A stretch of DNA of 64,000 bases from an uncultured Chloroflexia bacterium (GCA_963828965.1 CAWHGL010000001.1:20256-84255); one strand, 5' to 3'; positions 52,492 to 63,646 are shown, counted from the first letter of the stretch. The notes: generated from the letters alone by a model not told the origin. Program-made: numbers and translations.

Positions 52492-53184
52492 ATGACTCGC
52501 GCGTTCATCGACCTGCACTGCCACACGTCGGCATCGTTCGACTGCCTGTCGCGACCGGCGGACGTCGTGAAGGCCGCGGCCAAGCGCGGCCTGACCCACC
52601 TCATCGTGACCGACCATGACCGCATCGACGGCGCGCTCGCCGCGCGCGACGCGGCGCCGGCCGGGCTCACGGTCATCATCGGCGAGGAGATCAAGACCGC
52701 CGACGGCGACCTGCTCGGGGCGTACCTGACCTCCGCGGTCCCGCCCGGCCTGAGCGCCGTGGACTCGATCGCGGCGATCCGCGAGCAGGGCGGCCTGGTC
52801 GGCATCCCGCATCCGTTCGATCGCTTCCGTGGATCGCTCTCGAAGACGGCCCGACTCGATGCCCTGGCGCCGCTCGTGGACTGGGTCGAGACGCACAACG
52901 CGCGACTCGTCGGCAGCGGCAACGAGCAGGCCGGCGCCTTCTCGCTCGAGCACGGCCTGCCCGGCGTCGCCTCGTCCGATGCCCATTCGCTGCTCGAGGT
53001 CGCGGTCGCCTACACGGCGGTCGAGGGCGATCCGTCCACCGCGGCCGGCCTCCTTGCCGCGCTGTCCGACGTGGAGATCGTGCCCGGCCGGGCGAGCTAT
53101 CTGATCCGCCTCTGGACTCCGGCCGCCAAGGGCATCCAGCGCCTGCGGGGCAACGGCCGGATCCGTCCGGAGGTGCCGGTATGA
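52492..53184 (+). CDS. PHP-domain metallophosphoesterase
   Basis: DLHCHT..S.D, TDHD, GEEI, PHPF, SSDAH. Confidence 0.9.
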   Translation: MTRAFIDLHCHTSASFDCLSRPADVVKAAAKRGLTHLIVTDHDRIDGALAARDAAPAGLTVIIGEEIKTADGDLLGAYLTSAVPPGLSAVDSIAAIREQGGLVGIPHPFDRFRGSLSKTARLDALAPLVDWVETHNARLVGSGNEQAGAFSLEHGLPGVASSDAHSLLEVAVAYTAVEGDPSTAAGLLAALSDVEIVPGRASYLIRLWTPAAKGIQRLRGNGRIRPEVPV

Positions 53185-54448
53185 CCGACGGACAGGACCA
53201 TCGACCGATGGAAGACGGGACCCCGCCCGACGTACCGTCGCCATCGATGGAGGCCACCCCAGCGATCGACCCACGCGCCCTCGGCGGTCCCGGCGCGCCC
53301 GCCACCGGCGGCGTCGGCGGCTCCGTCGCGGATCCGACCGCGGCCGCCGGGGCCTCGACCGTCGAGCCCGGCGAGCGCGATCCCGACGCGGCCCAGATGT
53401 CGCTGGCGCGGCGCCTGCGCCAGCCGCGGACGATCATCTCGATCGCCATCCCGCTGTTCATCATCGCGGCGTTCGTCGCGATCAATGGCGAGCAGCTGAT
53501 CCTCGTCCCGCAACTGATCCTCGGGGCGAACCCGGTCCTCATCCTCGCGGCGTTCGCGATCTTCTACGCCGGCTTCCCGATGCGCGGCCTGCGCTGGTCG
53601 ATCCTCCTGCGTGGCACGGGCATGAAGGTCCCGACCAAGGACTCGACCGAGATCATCTTCCTGTCGTGGCTCGTCAACTGCGTCGTGCCGGCCAAGCTCG
53701 GCGACGTCTACCGCGCCTACCTGCTCAAGATCAACAGCACGGCCTCGCTGTCGCGCACCTTCGGGACGATCTTCATCGAGCGGATCATGGACCTCTGCGC
53801 GATCGCCCTGCTCGGCATCGCCGCCGGCTACTGGAGCTTCCGCTCCGGGCTGCCGCCGATCATCGAGCTCGTCTTCGCCGTCGCCTTCGCGGTCGTCGGG
53901 CTGCTCATGGTGGCGCTGTTCACGATGCGCAACTTCGGGCGCCAGATCATCACGGCGATGCAGGTTCCTGCCGCATCGGGTGCTCGAGCTGTACGACCGC
54001 TTCGAGCAGGGTGTCTTCGGGGCCATCGCCGCGAAGCAGCTGCCCGTCCTGGGCGGCCTCACCGACCATGATCTGGCTGACCGAAGGCATCCGGCTCTTC
54101 TTCGTGGTCCAGGCGCTCGGCTTCGCCGGCGTCAGCATGGGTCTGTCCGGGGCCATCTTCGTCGCCCTCATCGGTTCGCTCCTGACGGCGGTGCCGCTCA
54201 GCCCGGCCGGGCTCGGCATCGTCGAGGCGGGCGTCATCGGTGTCCTGACGGTCGCCTACGGCGTGTCGCTGCCGGAGGCCACGGCCATCGCCCTGCTCGA
54301 CCGCGTCATCAGCGTCTTCTCGGTCATCGTCTTCGGCTCGATCGCGTACGCGCTCTCGAAGAAGCCGAGCGGCACCGGCTGGATCCCGCAGCCCGACCAG
54401 GTCGAGCCGATGCCATCGGTGATCCCCGCGGCTTCGTCGCCGGCCTGA
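53181..54448 (+). CDS. Lysylphosphatidylglycerol-synthase TM / flippase-like membrane protein (indels near 53970, 54065)
   Basis: RGLRW, NCVVPAKLGDVYRAYLL, IERIMD, PLSPAGLGIVEAG, LLDR. Confidence 0.88.
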
Positions 54449-54863
54449 TCGCATGGCCGCCGCCGCGGCGGTCGTCGTCGCCGCCCAGCGCACTGGCCAC
54501 CAGCCCCGGATCGAGTGCGCCCAACGGCCGCCAAGGCCGTCCGCGACGGCGCATCCGGTGCGATGCCGGCGCCACCGACTCCCGCACGTTTGCAACGTTC
54601 GTGTGATACGACGCGTCTCCGGACCGGCGATCCGAGCAGCGACGGAGGGCGTACCTTCGTCCGGGGGGTTTCTCGGCGCGCCACCGGCGCACACCGACCG
54701 CGACCCCACCTCACCCGACTCCTGCGATCGCGTGTCCTCGGCACCGACACCGGTACGAACGGGTGATACAGCGTCGAAGCGGTCCTGCCCATCATCGTGG
54801 CATCGACGCACCGTTTCGAGCGGCTCTCGGGCCGCAGTCCACCTCTAGGAGCGCCCAGGCAGC

Positions 54864-55412
54864 ATGACCACCCAGAACGGCCGAGCGTTCAACGAATGGC
54901 TTCGAGCGCAGCTCAAGGCCAAGAAGATGTCGCAGCGCCAATTGGCCCAGCAGTCGGGCGTCGATCACTCGACGATCTCGCGGCTGATCCGCGGTGATCG
55001 CATGCCGTCACTCGGCACCGCCACCAAGCTGGCCCGCGGCCTGCGCGAGCTTCGCGACGACGCCGACACCCCGCAGTACCTGGGCCTCGTGGCCTCCGGC
55101 TCGACCAACCCGACCGCCCGCGTCGAGTACGCGCTGCGCGCCGACGAGCTCCTCACCGAGGCGCAGGTCCGCCAGATCATGGAGTACTACCTCGCCGTCC
55201 GGATGCGCCGCTACGGCCGCTCGTTCGCGGATAGCTCCGGTGGCGGCACCGAGCGCTCGACCGACCGACCGATGGGCGCCTCGGGCGCCGGCGGACGACC
55301 GATGGGCGTCGGCGGCATGGGCTCGACCGTTCGCTCGGTCGGGATGGGTACCGCGGTCAGCACCGTCCGACCGGTGAGCCGGTCGAACAGCCGGGAGCCC
55401 GGCCGCTACTAG
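54864..55412 (+). CDS. XRE-family helix-turn-helix transcriptional regulator
   Basis: MSQRQLAQQSGVDHSTISRLIRGDRMPS; AGGAG SD. Confidence 0.9.
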   Translation: MTTQNGRAFNEWLRAQLKAKKMSQRQLAQQSGVDHSTISRLIRGDRMPSLGTATKLARGLRELRDDADTPQYLGLVASGSTNPTARVEYALRADELLTEAQVRQIMEYYLAVRMRRYGRSFADSSGGGTERSTDRPMGASGAGGRPMGVGGMGSTVRSVGMGTAVSTVRPVSRSNSREPGRY

Positions 55413-55467
55413 ATCAATCTCCAGGGCACGACCCGGATCGCCCTCCACCATCCGGGTCTCGGGGACA

Positions 55468-55500
55468 GCGAACGCCGGCGTCTGGGGCGCCGGCGTTCGC
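55468..55500. terminator. Long hairpin between convergent genes (bidirectional terminator-like)
   Basis: GCGAACGCCGGCGTC-TGG-GGCGCCGGCGTTCGC, about 15-bp stem. Confidence 0.65.
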
Positions 55501-55530
55501 GATTCCTGGCGCGGCCTTCGACGCGCGGGG

Positions 55531-57216
55531 CTAGCTGCTCGGCCCGTAGACGGAGACGAAGCGGCCGGGTGCGGCAAGGTACCGGTCCAGCAGCGGCCCC
55601 CACGTCGTTCCGCCGGCTTCGGGCGTGATCGTCGCCTCGGCCGGTCCGCCGCAGGCTGCGCCGATCGCCCCCGCGAACCGATCGTCGCAGAGCAACACGA
55701 GCCCCGAGAACTCCCCATCCGCCGGCCTCGCCACGCTGCCGGGCGAGTCGCCCGACGGCATCTCGGCGACGAACGCGCGACCCAGCCGGGCGAGGGGATA
55801 GGCCATCGCCTCGCTCGACTTGAAGTCGGGCAGGGACTGGACGAGGACCGGTCGGCCGCGGTCTGCGCCTGTCGTGGTGAGCGCCGCATCGGCTCGATCG
55901 GCAGCCGCCTGCCCGGCCGGGTAGCCGCCGTCGGGATGGGTCCATGGCGGCAGGTGGGCAAGGTTCCAGCCGACGATGATCGCGAGGATGACGAGGGCGG
56001 CCGCGCCAGCCGGCTGACGCAGCCCATCGCGCACGGCCATCGCGACGCCGAGCCCGGCCAGGACCACGACCATCGGATCGGCGAACGCGTGGTAGTGATC
56101 GTTGGGCAGGCCGGGGACCACCGTCGAGAGTGACGGCGCGGCGACGGTGAGGAATGCGACCGTCCAGAGCAGCCCGACGCCGAGCCAGCGACCGCCACAC
56201 GATCCCTCCGGAGTCGCCCCGAGGCCGCCCGTCCCGACGGTCGCCCGTGGCCGCCAGGCCCAGACGACGATGGCGATGATCCCGGCGGTCGCGAGCGCGG
56301 CCAGGCCGAGCGCGTCGGTGACGAGCCCGACGAGCGGCCAGCTCACGACCCGGATCCCGACGACGACGAACCGGATCGGCAGCGCGAGCGCGGTGCCGCC
56401 GCTGCCGGATCGCAGGTAGGCGAGGGCCGCCCCGACCTCGGAGAAGTCGGTCGTGAGCTCGTTGACGGCCAACGGCAGGAACGCGATCAGCAGCACGACG
56501 GCGGACCCCAGGATCTCCCGGCCCAGGGGCCGGCGCCGCGCGTCCAGGGCGAACGGCACGAGCACGACCGGGAGCAGCGCGACCCCGAGGACATGGCACT
56601 GCATCGTGATCGCCAGCCCGATGGTCGCGAGGATCCACCAGGCGCCACGTCCGCCATGCCACGCTCGCCAGGTCGCGGCGAGCGCGATCGCACTCGAGAG
56701 GGCGATGAGGTTCGGGTTCCAGATGAAGGTCGAGCCCTCGATGGCGGCCGCCGAGACGGCGAGGACGAGACCCGCCGCCGCGCCCCCCGCGGAACCCGCG
56801 ATGGCGCGCCCCAGCCACCACACGACACCGACCGCGGCGATGCCGGCGACGGCGATCTCGGCGACGACCGCCAGCGGCGAGTCGCCGCCCGTCAGGAACG
56901 CGGCCGGGCTGAGCAGGTAGTAGTACCAGGCGCCGTGATGGACGTCGCCGATGGAGGTCGGAGGCCCGAGCAGCGGCACGATCCCGTCCTGGACCAGGGC
57001 CCGGAGCACGAGCATGTCGTGACCCTGGTCGCCGTCCCAGGTGCCCCGACTGGCGAGGCTCGGCAGGCGCAGCAGGGCCGCGAGGGCGAGGAGGCCCAGG
57101 AGGACGAGGAGGTCGCGACGAGGTGGCCAGCGCTCGCCGGTGGCGACACCTGCGGCGCCGGACGGGACGTCGGGCGCGACCGCGTCCGCCCGTCCGACGA
57201 CCTGCGGATCGGTCAT
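55531..57216 (-). CDS. GT-C fold membrane glycosyltransferase (GT39/PMT_2/ArnT-like)
   Basis: LALLRL...WDGDQGHD, PLLGPPTSIG..HHGAWYYYL, WNPN, many TM helices. Confidence 0.8.
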   Translation of the reverse strand: MTDPQVVGRADAVAPDVPSGAAGVATGERWPPRRDLLVLLGLLALAALLRLPSLASRGTWDGDQGHDMLVLRALVQDGIVPLLGPPTSIGDVHHGAWYYYLLSPAAFLTGGDSPLAVVAEIAVAGIAAVGVVWWLGRAIAGSAGGAAAGLVLAVSAAAIEGSTFIWNPNLIALSSAIALAATWRAWHGGRGAWWILATIGLAITMQCHVLGVALLPVVLVPFALDARRRPLGREILGSAVVLLIAFLPLAVNELTTDFSEVGAALAYLRSGSGGTALALPIRFVVVGIRVVSWPLVGLVTDALGLAALATAGIIAIVVWAWRPRATVGTGGLGATPEGSCGGRWLGVGLLWTVAFLTVAAPSLSTVVPGLPNDHYHAFADPMVVVLAGLGVAMAVRDGLRQPAGAAALVILAIIVGWNLAHLPPWTHPDGGYPAGQAAADRADAALTTTGADRGRPVLVQSLPDFKSSEAMAYPLARLGRAFVAEMPSGDSPGSVARPADGEFSGLVLLCDDRFAGAIGAACGGPAEATITPEAGGTTWGPLLDRYLAAPGRFVSVYGPSS

Positions 57217-58200
57217 GCCGGCGCCGACCGCGCCCGCGAGCTGCCCCGCAGGTGGAATGCCTCAGGCGGCAACTCGTCGAGTGGCTCACCGGCGGCCAGG
57301 GCTCGCGCCCGGGCGATGTTGACCGCGTCGTAGCCCTCGTCCATGCCCGGAGTCTCGAGCAGGTACGTGGCGTGGGCGAGACCCGGGTGGCGCAGGAGGT
57401 GGGCCATGCCCGCCGCCCCGATCCGGCCGGCTCCGACATGCTCATGGCGGTCGAGCCTGGAGCCCAGCTCCGATCGCGAGTCGTTCAGGTGCACCATGAC
57501 CAGGCGGCGCAGGCCGATCCGTGCGTCGAACGCCGCGAGAAAGGCGTCGATGGCGGCGGGCGAGCGCATGTCGATGCCGGCGCCCCACGCGTGGGCCACG
57601 TCCAGGCAGAACCCGACCCGCTCGTCGGGCACGCCGCACGCGGCGATGGCCGTCGCGATCCCGGCGAGCTCGTCGAGGTCGACACCGAGGCCGAACCCGC
57701 TGCCGGCCGAGTTCTCGAGGACGACCATCGCGGGAGGTTCGTCGGGTGATGGCTCGTCGTCGGCCGCCGGCCGCGATCGGTCGTCGGCCGCCCGGATGGC
57801 ACGGTCGACGCCCTCGGCGACCCGCCGGATGCCGGCCTCGATGCCCTCGCCTCGATGCGACCCGATGTGGACGTTGACGTAGCGCGCGCCGAACGCCGGG
57901 GCGCCGCGCAGCTCGGTCGCGAGCAGGTCGATCGAGCGCTCGAAGAAGTCGGGCTCGGGGCCGGCCAGGTTCACGAGGTACGCGGCATGGATCGCGATCG
58001 GCCGGATGTCGTGCTCGCGCAGTCGATCGCGGAACGCCCCGAGCTCGGCGGGGGGCTCGGCGCGCCGCCGCCACGCCGTCGGGTTGTCCGTGAAGATCTG
58101 CATGCGCGTCCGCGCCGATCTCATGGGCTCGGTCGACGGCCTTCACCATCCCGCCGCCGAGCGGCAGGTGGGCGCCGAGTCGACGGCCGTCGGGCAGCAT
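57213..58200 (-). CDS. nfo: Endonuclease IV (AP endonuclease; indel near 58110)
   Basis: LGAHL, QIFTDNP, HAAYLVNL, VHIGSH, LENSAG, CLDVAH, HLNDS, DRHEHVG, LETP. Confidence 0.95.
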
Positions 58201-58335
58201 GGCGGCCATCGTACGATGCGGGGCAGGTCCGACGACCTCCACGACGGACGGCTCAAGGCCATCCCGGTCATCGGGATAGGCGCTGGCTCCCGATCTAGCG
58301 GCGACGCCGGCTGGGATCGCCGCGCCGCCGACTGA

Positions 58336-58935
58336 TCAGCGTTTCCGCCCGTTCCCGCCGGGCGACTTGCCCTTGGTGTACTCGCCGCCGACGATCGGCT
58401 CGATGAGGCCGTAGTCGCCGTCCTTGCGCTCGTACAGGATCGCGACCCGCTCGGTCTCGGCGTCCACGAACACGAAGAACTGGTGGCCGAGCTCTTCCAT
58501 CTCGGCGAGCGCGTCCTCCTCGAACATCGGCTCGATGGCGAAGCGCTTCGTCTTGACGATCCGCCGGTCGCGGCCGGCGTCCGAGGTGCCGTCGGCGAGA
58601 CCGCGCAGGAGCCGCTTCTCCTCCTCCGGACGCGACCGGACGCGGGGCTTCGACTTGTGGTCGACCGCCTGGCGCTCGGCCTTGTCGACGACGGTATCGA
58701 TGGCGGCCTGGTAGCTCACGCCGACCGCGTGACTGCGCAGGACCTGGCCGTCGATGACCAGGGTGACGTCCGCCATGTGGGCGTCCGAGGCGCTCCGATG
58801 CATCTCGTTCGAGAGCTCGACGATGGCGTCGGTGCGATCGTCGAGGAGGCGCTCCAGGCGCCCGAACCGTCGCTGGGCGTACTCGCGGACCCGATCCGGG
58901 ACCTCCACGTTCTTGCCCTTGACGATGGTTCTCAT
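58336..58935 (-). CDS. hpf: Ribosome hibernation factor, long two-domain HPF/RaiA
   Basis: KGKNVEV...AAID; C-terminal IVKTKRF..PM..EDA..MEELGHQFFVF..YERKDGDYGLIEP; GGAGG SD. Confidence 0.95.
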   Translation of the reverse strand: MRTIVKGKNVEVPDRVREYAQRRFGRLERLLDDRTDAIVELSNEMHRSASDAHMADVTLVIDGQVLRSHAVGVSYQAAIDTVVDKAERQAVDHKSKPRVRSRPEEEKRLLRGLADGTSDAGRDRRIVKTKRFAIEPMFEEDALAEMEELGHQFFVFVDAETERVAILYERKDGDYGLIEPIVGGEYTKGKSPGGNGRKR

Positions 58936-58969
58936 GGGGCACCTCCGAAGGTGGAACGCCGGAGGTCGA

Positions 58970-58975
58970 GTATAG
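58970..58975 (-). promoter_or_regulatory. -10 element TATACT upstream of hpf
   Basis: TATACT about 35 nt before the hpf ATG; the leader has a short hairpin over the SD. Confidence 0.5.
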
Positions 58976-59005
58976 ACCCGGGGCCCGCGCCGCCCGACGC
59001 CGGCG

Positions 59006-59647
59006 TCAGCGTTCGCGGGCGACCGTGATGGCCGACACCGCCATGGCGCCGCCGGCCTCGAGGGCCTCCGCGCACGCGGCGAGCGTCGCGCCGGTCGTCG
59101 TGACGTCGTCGATGAGGAGGATCCAGCGACCGCGCAGGTCGGGCGTGCCCGGTCGCAGCCCGAACGCCCCGGCCACGTTGGTCGCGCGGTCGGCCCGGTC
59201 GAGGTCGAACTGGGCGATCGTGGCGCGCCGGCGCTCGAGCAGCGGCCGGCAGGGCAGGCCCAGGTGGCGCGCCGCCGACCGGGCGATGAGCTCGGCCTGG
59301 TCGTAGCCGCGGGTTCGGGCGCGGTCCGCGTGGACCGGGACATGGGCGACCACGTCCGCACCGACCCCGATCCGGGCCCAGCGACGGGCGATCGCGGCGC
59401 CGAGCGGCTCGCCCAGGCGTTGCTCGCCGCCGTACTTGATGCGATGCAGGGCATCGCGCACGAGCCCGCGGAAGGGGGCGCACCAGTCGAGCTGCAGCAG
59501 GGGAGCCGGGATCTCGCCGGGCAGCCCGATCGGAACGCCACCCGGCATCGCCAGGCGGGCGTCGAGCGCGGGCAGGCAGGCCGTGCAGATCGGCGGACCC
59601 TCGGCATCGCAGCCGACACATCGGGCCGGGAACGCCACGTCCAGCAA
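59006..59647 (-). CDS. comF: ComF family competence protein (Zn-finger plus PRTase); start probably slightly upstream
   Basis: FPARCVGC..ICTAC, IKYGG, RTRGYDQAELIA, LIDDVTTTGATL. Confidence 0.93.
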   Translation of the reverse strand: MLDVAFPARCVGCDAEGPPICTACLPALDARLAMPGGVPIGLPGEIPAPLLQLDWCAPFRGLVRDALHRIKYGGEQRLGEPLGAAIARRWARIGVGADVVAHVPVHADRARTRGYDQAELIARSAARHLGLPCRPLLERRRATIAQFDLDRADRATNVAGAFGLRPGTPDLRGRWILLIDDVTTTGATLAACAEALEAGGAMAVSAITVARER

Positions 59648-59773
59648 CCGGCTCGCGGCACGACCGATCAGCGGGGCACCCTCGACATGGATCGCATGGC
59701 GCCATCGTGGCGCCGCGCGCTCACCGGGGGATCACCAGGGACGAGGCGGCGCGACGGACCTGCGCCGGATGCG

Positions 59774-60190
59774 TCAACCGATCCGGATGCGGTCCCCGAC
59801 CTGCGTGCCGCTCGCGTCGATCGTGCCGACCGGCAGCTCCAGCACGCCGTGCGCTCCGCGGACCAGCGGGACGAGCCCGGTCCACGCCCGCAGACGTCGG
59901 TGGACGGACACGACCGGCCTCACTTCGCCAGCCGCGACACGCCCACCGTCGGCCGTCGACGCCGGCGCCCGTCTCGGGCTTGCCCACGAACACCGCATCG
60001 ATCGCGAACCGCATGAACATCATGTGGATCCCGTTCGAGGCCGGCAGCCACAGGCCGGCGCCGGCAGGAAGATCGGCCCGGCCCATGAGGCCCAGGAACT
60101 TGGCCCACAACGAACCGGCCACCTCGAGCGAGGTGGCCAGATCCGTGTCGCGGGTGAGGTTTCGGGCGGCGATCCGCTCCGTGGCCAGCG
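59774..60190 (-). CDS. DUF192 family protein (indel near 59950; start uncertain)
   Basis: FLGLMGR, GIHMMFMRFAIDAVF, VLELPVG. Confidence 0.82.
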
Positions 60191-61127
60191 TCAGACCGCC
60201 AGGTTCTGGACGATCAGGATGATCGCCGGGCCCAGGATGACGATGAACAGCGACGGGAAGATGCACCCGACGAGCGGGAAGAGCATCTTGATCGGCGCCT
60301 TGGCCGCCTGCTCCTCAGCCCGCTGGCGCCGCTCGATGCGGAGCTGCTCGGACTGGACCTGCAGGACCTTGGACACCGACACACCCAGCTGCTCGGCCTG
60401 GATGATCGCGCCGATGAAGTTCGTGAGCGGGATGACCTCGGTGCGCGGGACGATGTCGCGCAGCGCATCGCGGCGCGCCTTGCCCACGCGGACCTCGGCG
60501 AGCGCGCGCCGGAACTCGTCCGACAGCGGGCCCTTGAGCTTCTCGACGACCTTGGCCAGCGCGGCGTCGAACCCGAGGCCGGCCCGGACGGAGATCGTCA
60601 GCAGGTCGAGCGTGTCGGGGATCATCAGCAGGATGGCCTTCTGGCGCTTCTTGACGCGACCGCCCAGCCAGAACTCGGGGATCGTGTAGCCGAACAAGCC
60701 GCCGACGCCGCGATCAGGAGGAAGGCGATCAGGATGCGGGAACTTGAACACGCCACCGACGACGAAGAGCAGGAAGAACAGGATCGCGCCGACGACCGCG
60801 CCGATGACCTTGATGCCAAGCCAGTCGGAAACGCGCAGGTCGTTCGGGTTGCCCGCGAGCGCGAGGCGCTTCTCGGTCCGCTCGGTGAACGAGGACGAGG
60901 CCATCCGCGACGTGCGCGCCGGACAGGCCGGCCATGATCGGGCGCATCGTCCGCTCGAGGAACGGTGCCTGGAGCTCGAGCTCCTCGAGGTTCTTGGCCT
61001 GCATGGTGCCCAGCTGCGTCAGCCGGGCCTGGACCGGGTCGACCGGCGAGCTGCCGGTCAGCCCCAGGACGATGAGGAGGATCGCTCCCGCCGCGAGCGC
61101 GGCGACGAGGAGAGTGACAGGTTCCAT
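60191..61127 (-). CDS. tadC: Tad/Flp pilus platform protein TadC (T2SS F domain; indels near 60910, 60730)
   Basis: PDTLDLLTISVRAGLGFDAAL, RQRAEEQAAKAPIKMLFPL. Confidence 0.92.
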
Positions 61128-61130
61128 CGG

Positions 61131-62141
61131 CTAGACCTCGATGTCCACGATCTTGCGGATGAGCATGAAGCCGATGAACATCATGAATCCGCCGACGAGC
61201 AGGATGATGACCCCGGCCGGAAGACCAAGGATCCCGGGTGGGTTGTAGAACATCGGGTCCATGAACTTGGGTGCGGCGATGAACAGGAAGCCGGCGAGGC
61301 CGATCGGCAGGAAACCGACCACGTAGCCGGACAGCCGCTGCTGTGCCGTCAGGGTTTGGATCTCGCCCTTGATCCGAACGCGCTCGCGGATGGTGTATGC
61401 GATCGAGTCGAGGATCTCGGCGAGGTTGCCGCCGACATTGTGCTGGATGGAGATGGCGGTCGCCATCAGCTCGAGGTCATCGGACCGGACGCGCCGGACC
61501 ATGTTCTCGAGCGCCTGGTCGAACGGCAGGCCGAGGTTCACCTCGCGGATGACACGGGCGAACTCGGTCGAGATCGGCGGACGTGACTCACGCACCACGA
61601 GTTCGATGGCCTGCAGGAACGACGAGCCGGCGCGCAGCGCGTTGGCGATCAGGGTGATCGTGTCCGGCAGCTGCTTGTTGAACGACTTGAGACGGCCGTT
61701 CTTGCGCCGGTTCAGCCAGAACTTCGGCAGCATGAAGCCGATCAGCGCGCCGATGAGCCACGCGAGCGGGCTCGCGAAGGCCGGGATGAAGAATCCGAGG
61801 ATGAACATCGCGACCGGGATGCCGATGGTCGACCCCGCCCGGATGAACAGGAACTCGGAGGGCTTGAGCTTGAGGTCCGCGCGCGCGAGCTCGCGGGAGA
61901 GGTTCGCGCCGAAGTCGCGCTGCTCGACGACCTTGTTCAGGTTCGCCATGGCGGCGCTCTGGGCGATCAGGTCGCTGATCGGTCCCTGGCTCGTGCCGTC
62001 CTTGGGAACCTCGGTCTTGCCCGAGGCGTAGCGCTCGAGTCGGTCGGAGATGCCCGACCCGCCGGAGTTGGCGACCCCGACCGCGATGAGCAGGATGGCC
62101 AGCGCAGCGATGCCGGCCACCAGAAGGGTCGTTGGTTCCAC
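61131..62141 (-). CDS. tadB: Tad/Flp pilus platform protein TadB
   Basis: QLPDTITLIANALRAGSSF, GGNLAEILD, TLTAQQRLSG. Confidence 0.93.
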   Translation of the reverse strand: MEPTTLLVAGIAALAILLIAVGVANSGGSGISDRLERYASGKTEVPKDGTSQGPISDLIAQSAAMANLNKVVEQRDFGANLSRELARADLKLKPSEFLFIRAGSTIGIPVAMFILGFFIPAFASPLAWLIGALIGFMLPKFWLNRRKNGRLKSFNKQLPDTITLIANALRAGSSFLQAIELVVRESRPPISTEFARVIREVNLGLPFDQALENMVRRVRSDDLELMATAISIQHNVGGNLAEILDSIAYTIRERVRIKGEIQTLTAQQRLSGYVVGFLPIGLAGFLFIAAPKFMDPMFYNPPGILGLPAGVIILLVGGFMMFIGFMLIRKIVDIEV

Positions 62142-62165
62142 GGTCGGTCGTTCCTCCTTCTTCGG

Positions 62166-63584
62166 CTAGTACGTGAAGCCGAAGAGGCCAGGCGGCAGGT
62201 TGATGCCCATGACCTCGAACTTCTCGACGAACTTCGGCCGGATCCCGGTCGCCTTGAGCCGACCCTGGATCTTGCCCTCGATGATCCCCGTCTGCTCGAA
62301 GACGAACACGTCCTGCATGACGATGACGTCGCCTTCCATGCCCTGGACCTCGGTGATGTTGACGATCTTCCGGGTCCCGTCCTTGAGACGGCTCTGCTGG
62401 ACGATGAGGTCGACCGCCGAGGCGACCTGCTCGCGGATGGCCCGCAGGGGCAGGTCGACGCCGGCCATCAGGACCATCGTCTCGAGGCGCGACAGCATGT
62501 CGCGCGGGCTGTTGGCGTGGCCGGTGCTCATCGAGCCGTCGTGGCCGGTGTTCATGGCCTGGAGCATGTCCAGCGCCTCACCGGAACGACACTCCCCGAC
62601 GATGATCCGGTCGGGCCGCATGCGCAGGGCGTTGCGGACGAGCTCGCGGATGGGGATGGCGCCCTTGCCCTCGATGTTGGGCGGGCGCGACTCCAGGGTC
62701 ACGACGTGCTCCTGGCGAAGCTGGAGCTCGGCCGCGTCCTCGATCGTCACGATGCGCTCGTCGTTCGGGATGAACGAGGAGAGCACGTTGAGGGTCGTGG
62801 TCTTGCCGGAACCGGTACCGCCGGAGACGAAGATGTTCAACCGAGCCTCGACACATGCGCGCAGGAAGTCGAACATGTCTGCGGTGGCGGTGCCGAATCG
62901 GATGAGGTCGTCGACGGTGAACGGCGAGGCCGAGAACTTCCGGATCGTGATGACCGGGCCGACCAGGGACAGCGGCGGGATGATGGCGTTGACGCGGGAG
63001 CCGTCCGTGAGGCGCGCGTCGACCATCGGCGACGACTCGTCGACGCGTCGGCCGATCGGGGCGATGATCCGATCGATGATGCGCATGACGTGGTCGTCGT
63101 TCTGGAAGACGACGTTGGTCAGCTCGAGCTTGCCGGACCGTTCGATGTAGACCTGGCGCGGGCCGTTGACCATGACCTCGGTGATGGACTCGTCGCGCAG
63201 GAGCGGCTCCAGCGGGCCGAGACCGATGATCTCGTCCGTGATCTGCTCGAGCATGCGGACGCGTTCCGCGCGGGTCAGGGCGAGGCCTTCCTCGTCGATG
63301 ACCTTGCCGAAGATCTCCTCGATCTGGCGCCGGACCTCGACCTGGTTGGACAGGTCGAGCTTCGGGTCCAGGTCCTGGATGACCCGGCTCTGGATCCGGA
63401 ACTTGACGTCGCGGAACGACTCCCGGACGGGCGCCGAGGTCGCGAGGCGCGGGGCCGTCGGCAGCGCCGGCGGCGGCGGGCCACCGGTCGGCGCCGGGAG
63501 GTTCGATCCGGGCGTACCCGGTGCGGGCGTCTCCGGGGCGCCACCGCCCGGTCGAGCGCTCTCGATCCGCTTCAACAGGGACAT
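62166..63584 (-). CDS. cpaF: CpaF/TadA pilus assembly ATPase
   Basis: GLGPLEPLL, SGGTGSGKTT, ALRMRPDRIIVGE, AMNTGHDGS. Confidence 0.96.
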   Translation of the reverse strand: MSLLKRIESARPGGGAPETPAPGTPGSNLPAPTGGPPPPALPTAPRLATSAPVRESFRDVKFRIQSRVIQDLDPKLDLSNQVEVRRQIEEIFGKVIDEEGLALTRAERVRMLEQITDEIIGLGPLEPLLRDESITEVMVNGPRQVYIERSGKLELTNVVFQNDDHVMRIIDRIIAPIGRRVDESSPMVDARLTDGSRVNAIIPPLSLVGPVITIRKFSASPFTVDDLIRFGTATADMFDFLRACVEARLNIFVSGGTGSGKTTTLNVLSSFIPNDERIVTIEDAAELQLRQEHVVTLESRPPNIEGKGAIPIRELVRNALRMRPDRIIVGECRSGEALDMLQAMNTGHDGSMSTGHANSPRDMLSRLETMVLMAGVDLPLRAIREQVASAVDLIVQQSRLKDGTRKIVNITEVQGMEGDVIVMQDVFVFEQTGIIEGKIQGRLKATGIRPKFVEKFEVMGINLPPGLFGFTY

Positions 63585-63646
63585 CGCCTACACCCCTTTT
63601 CGCCCCGCGGGGCCCACTTCAAACGCCTGGGACCTGGTCGCCACGA

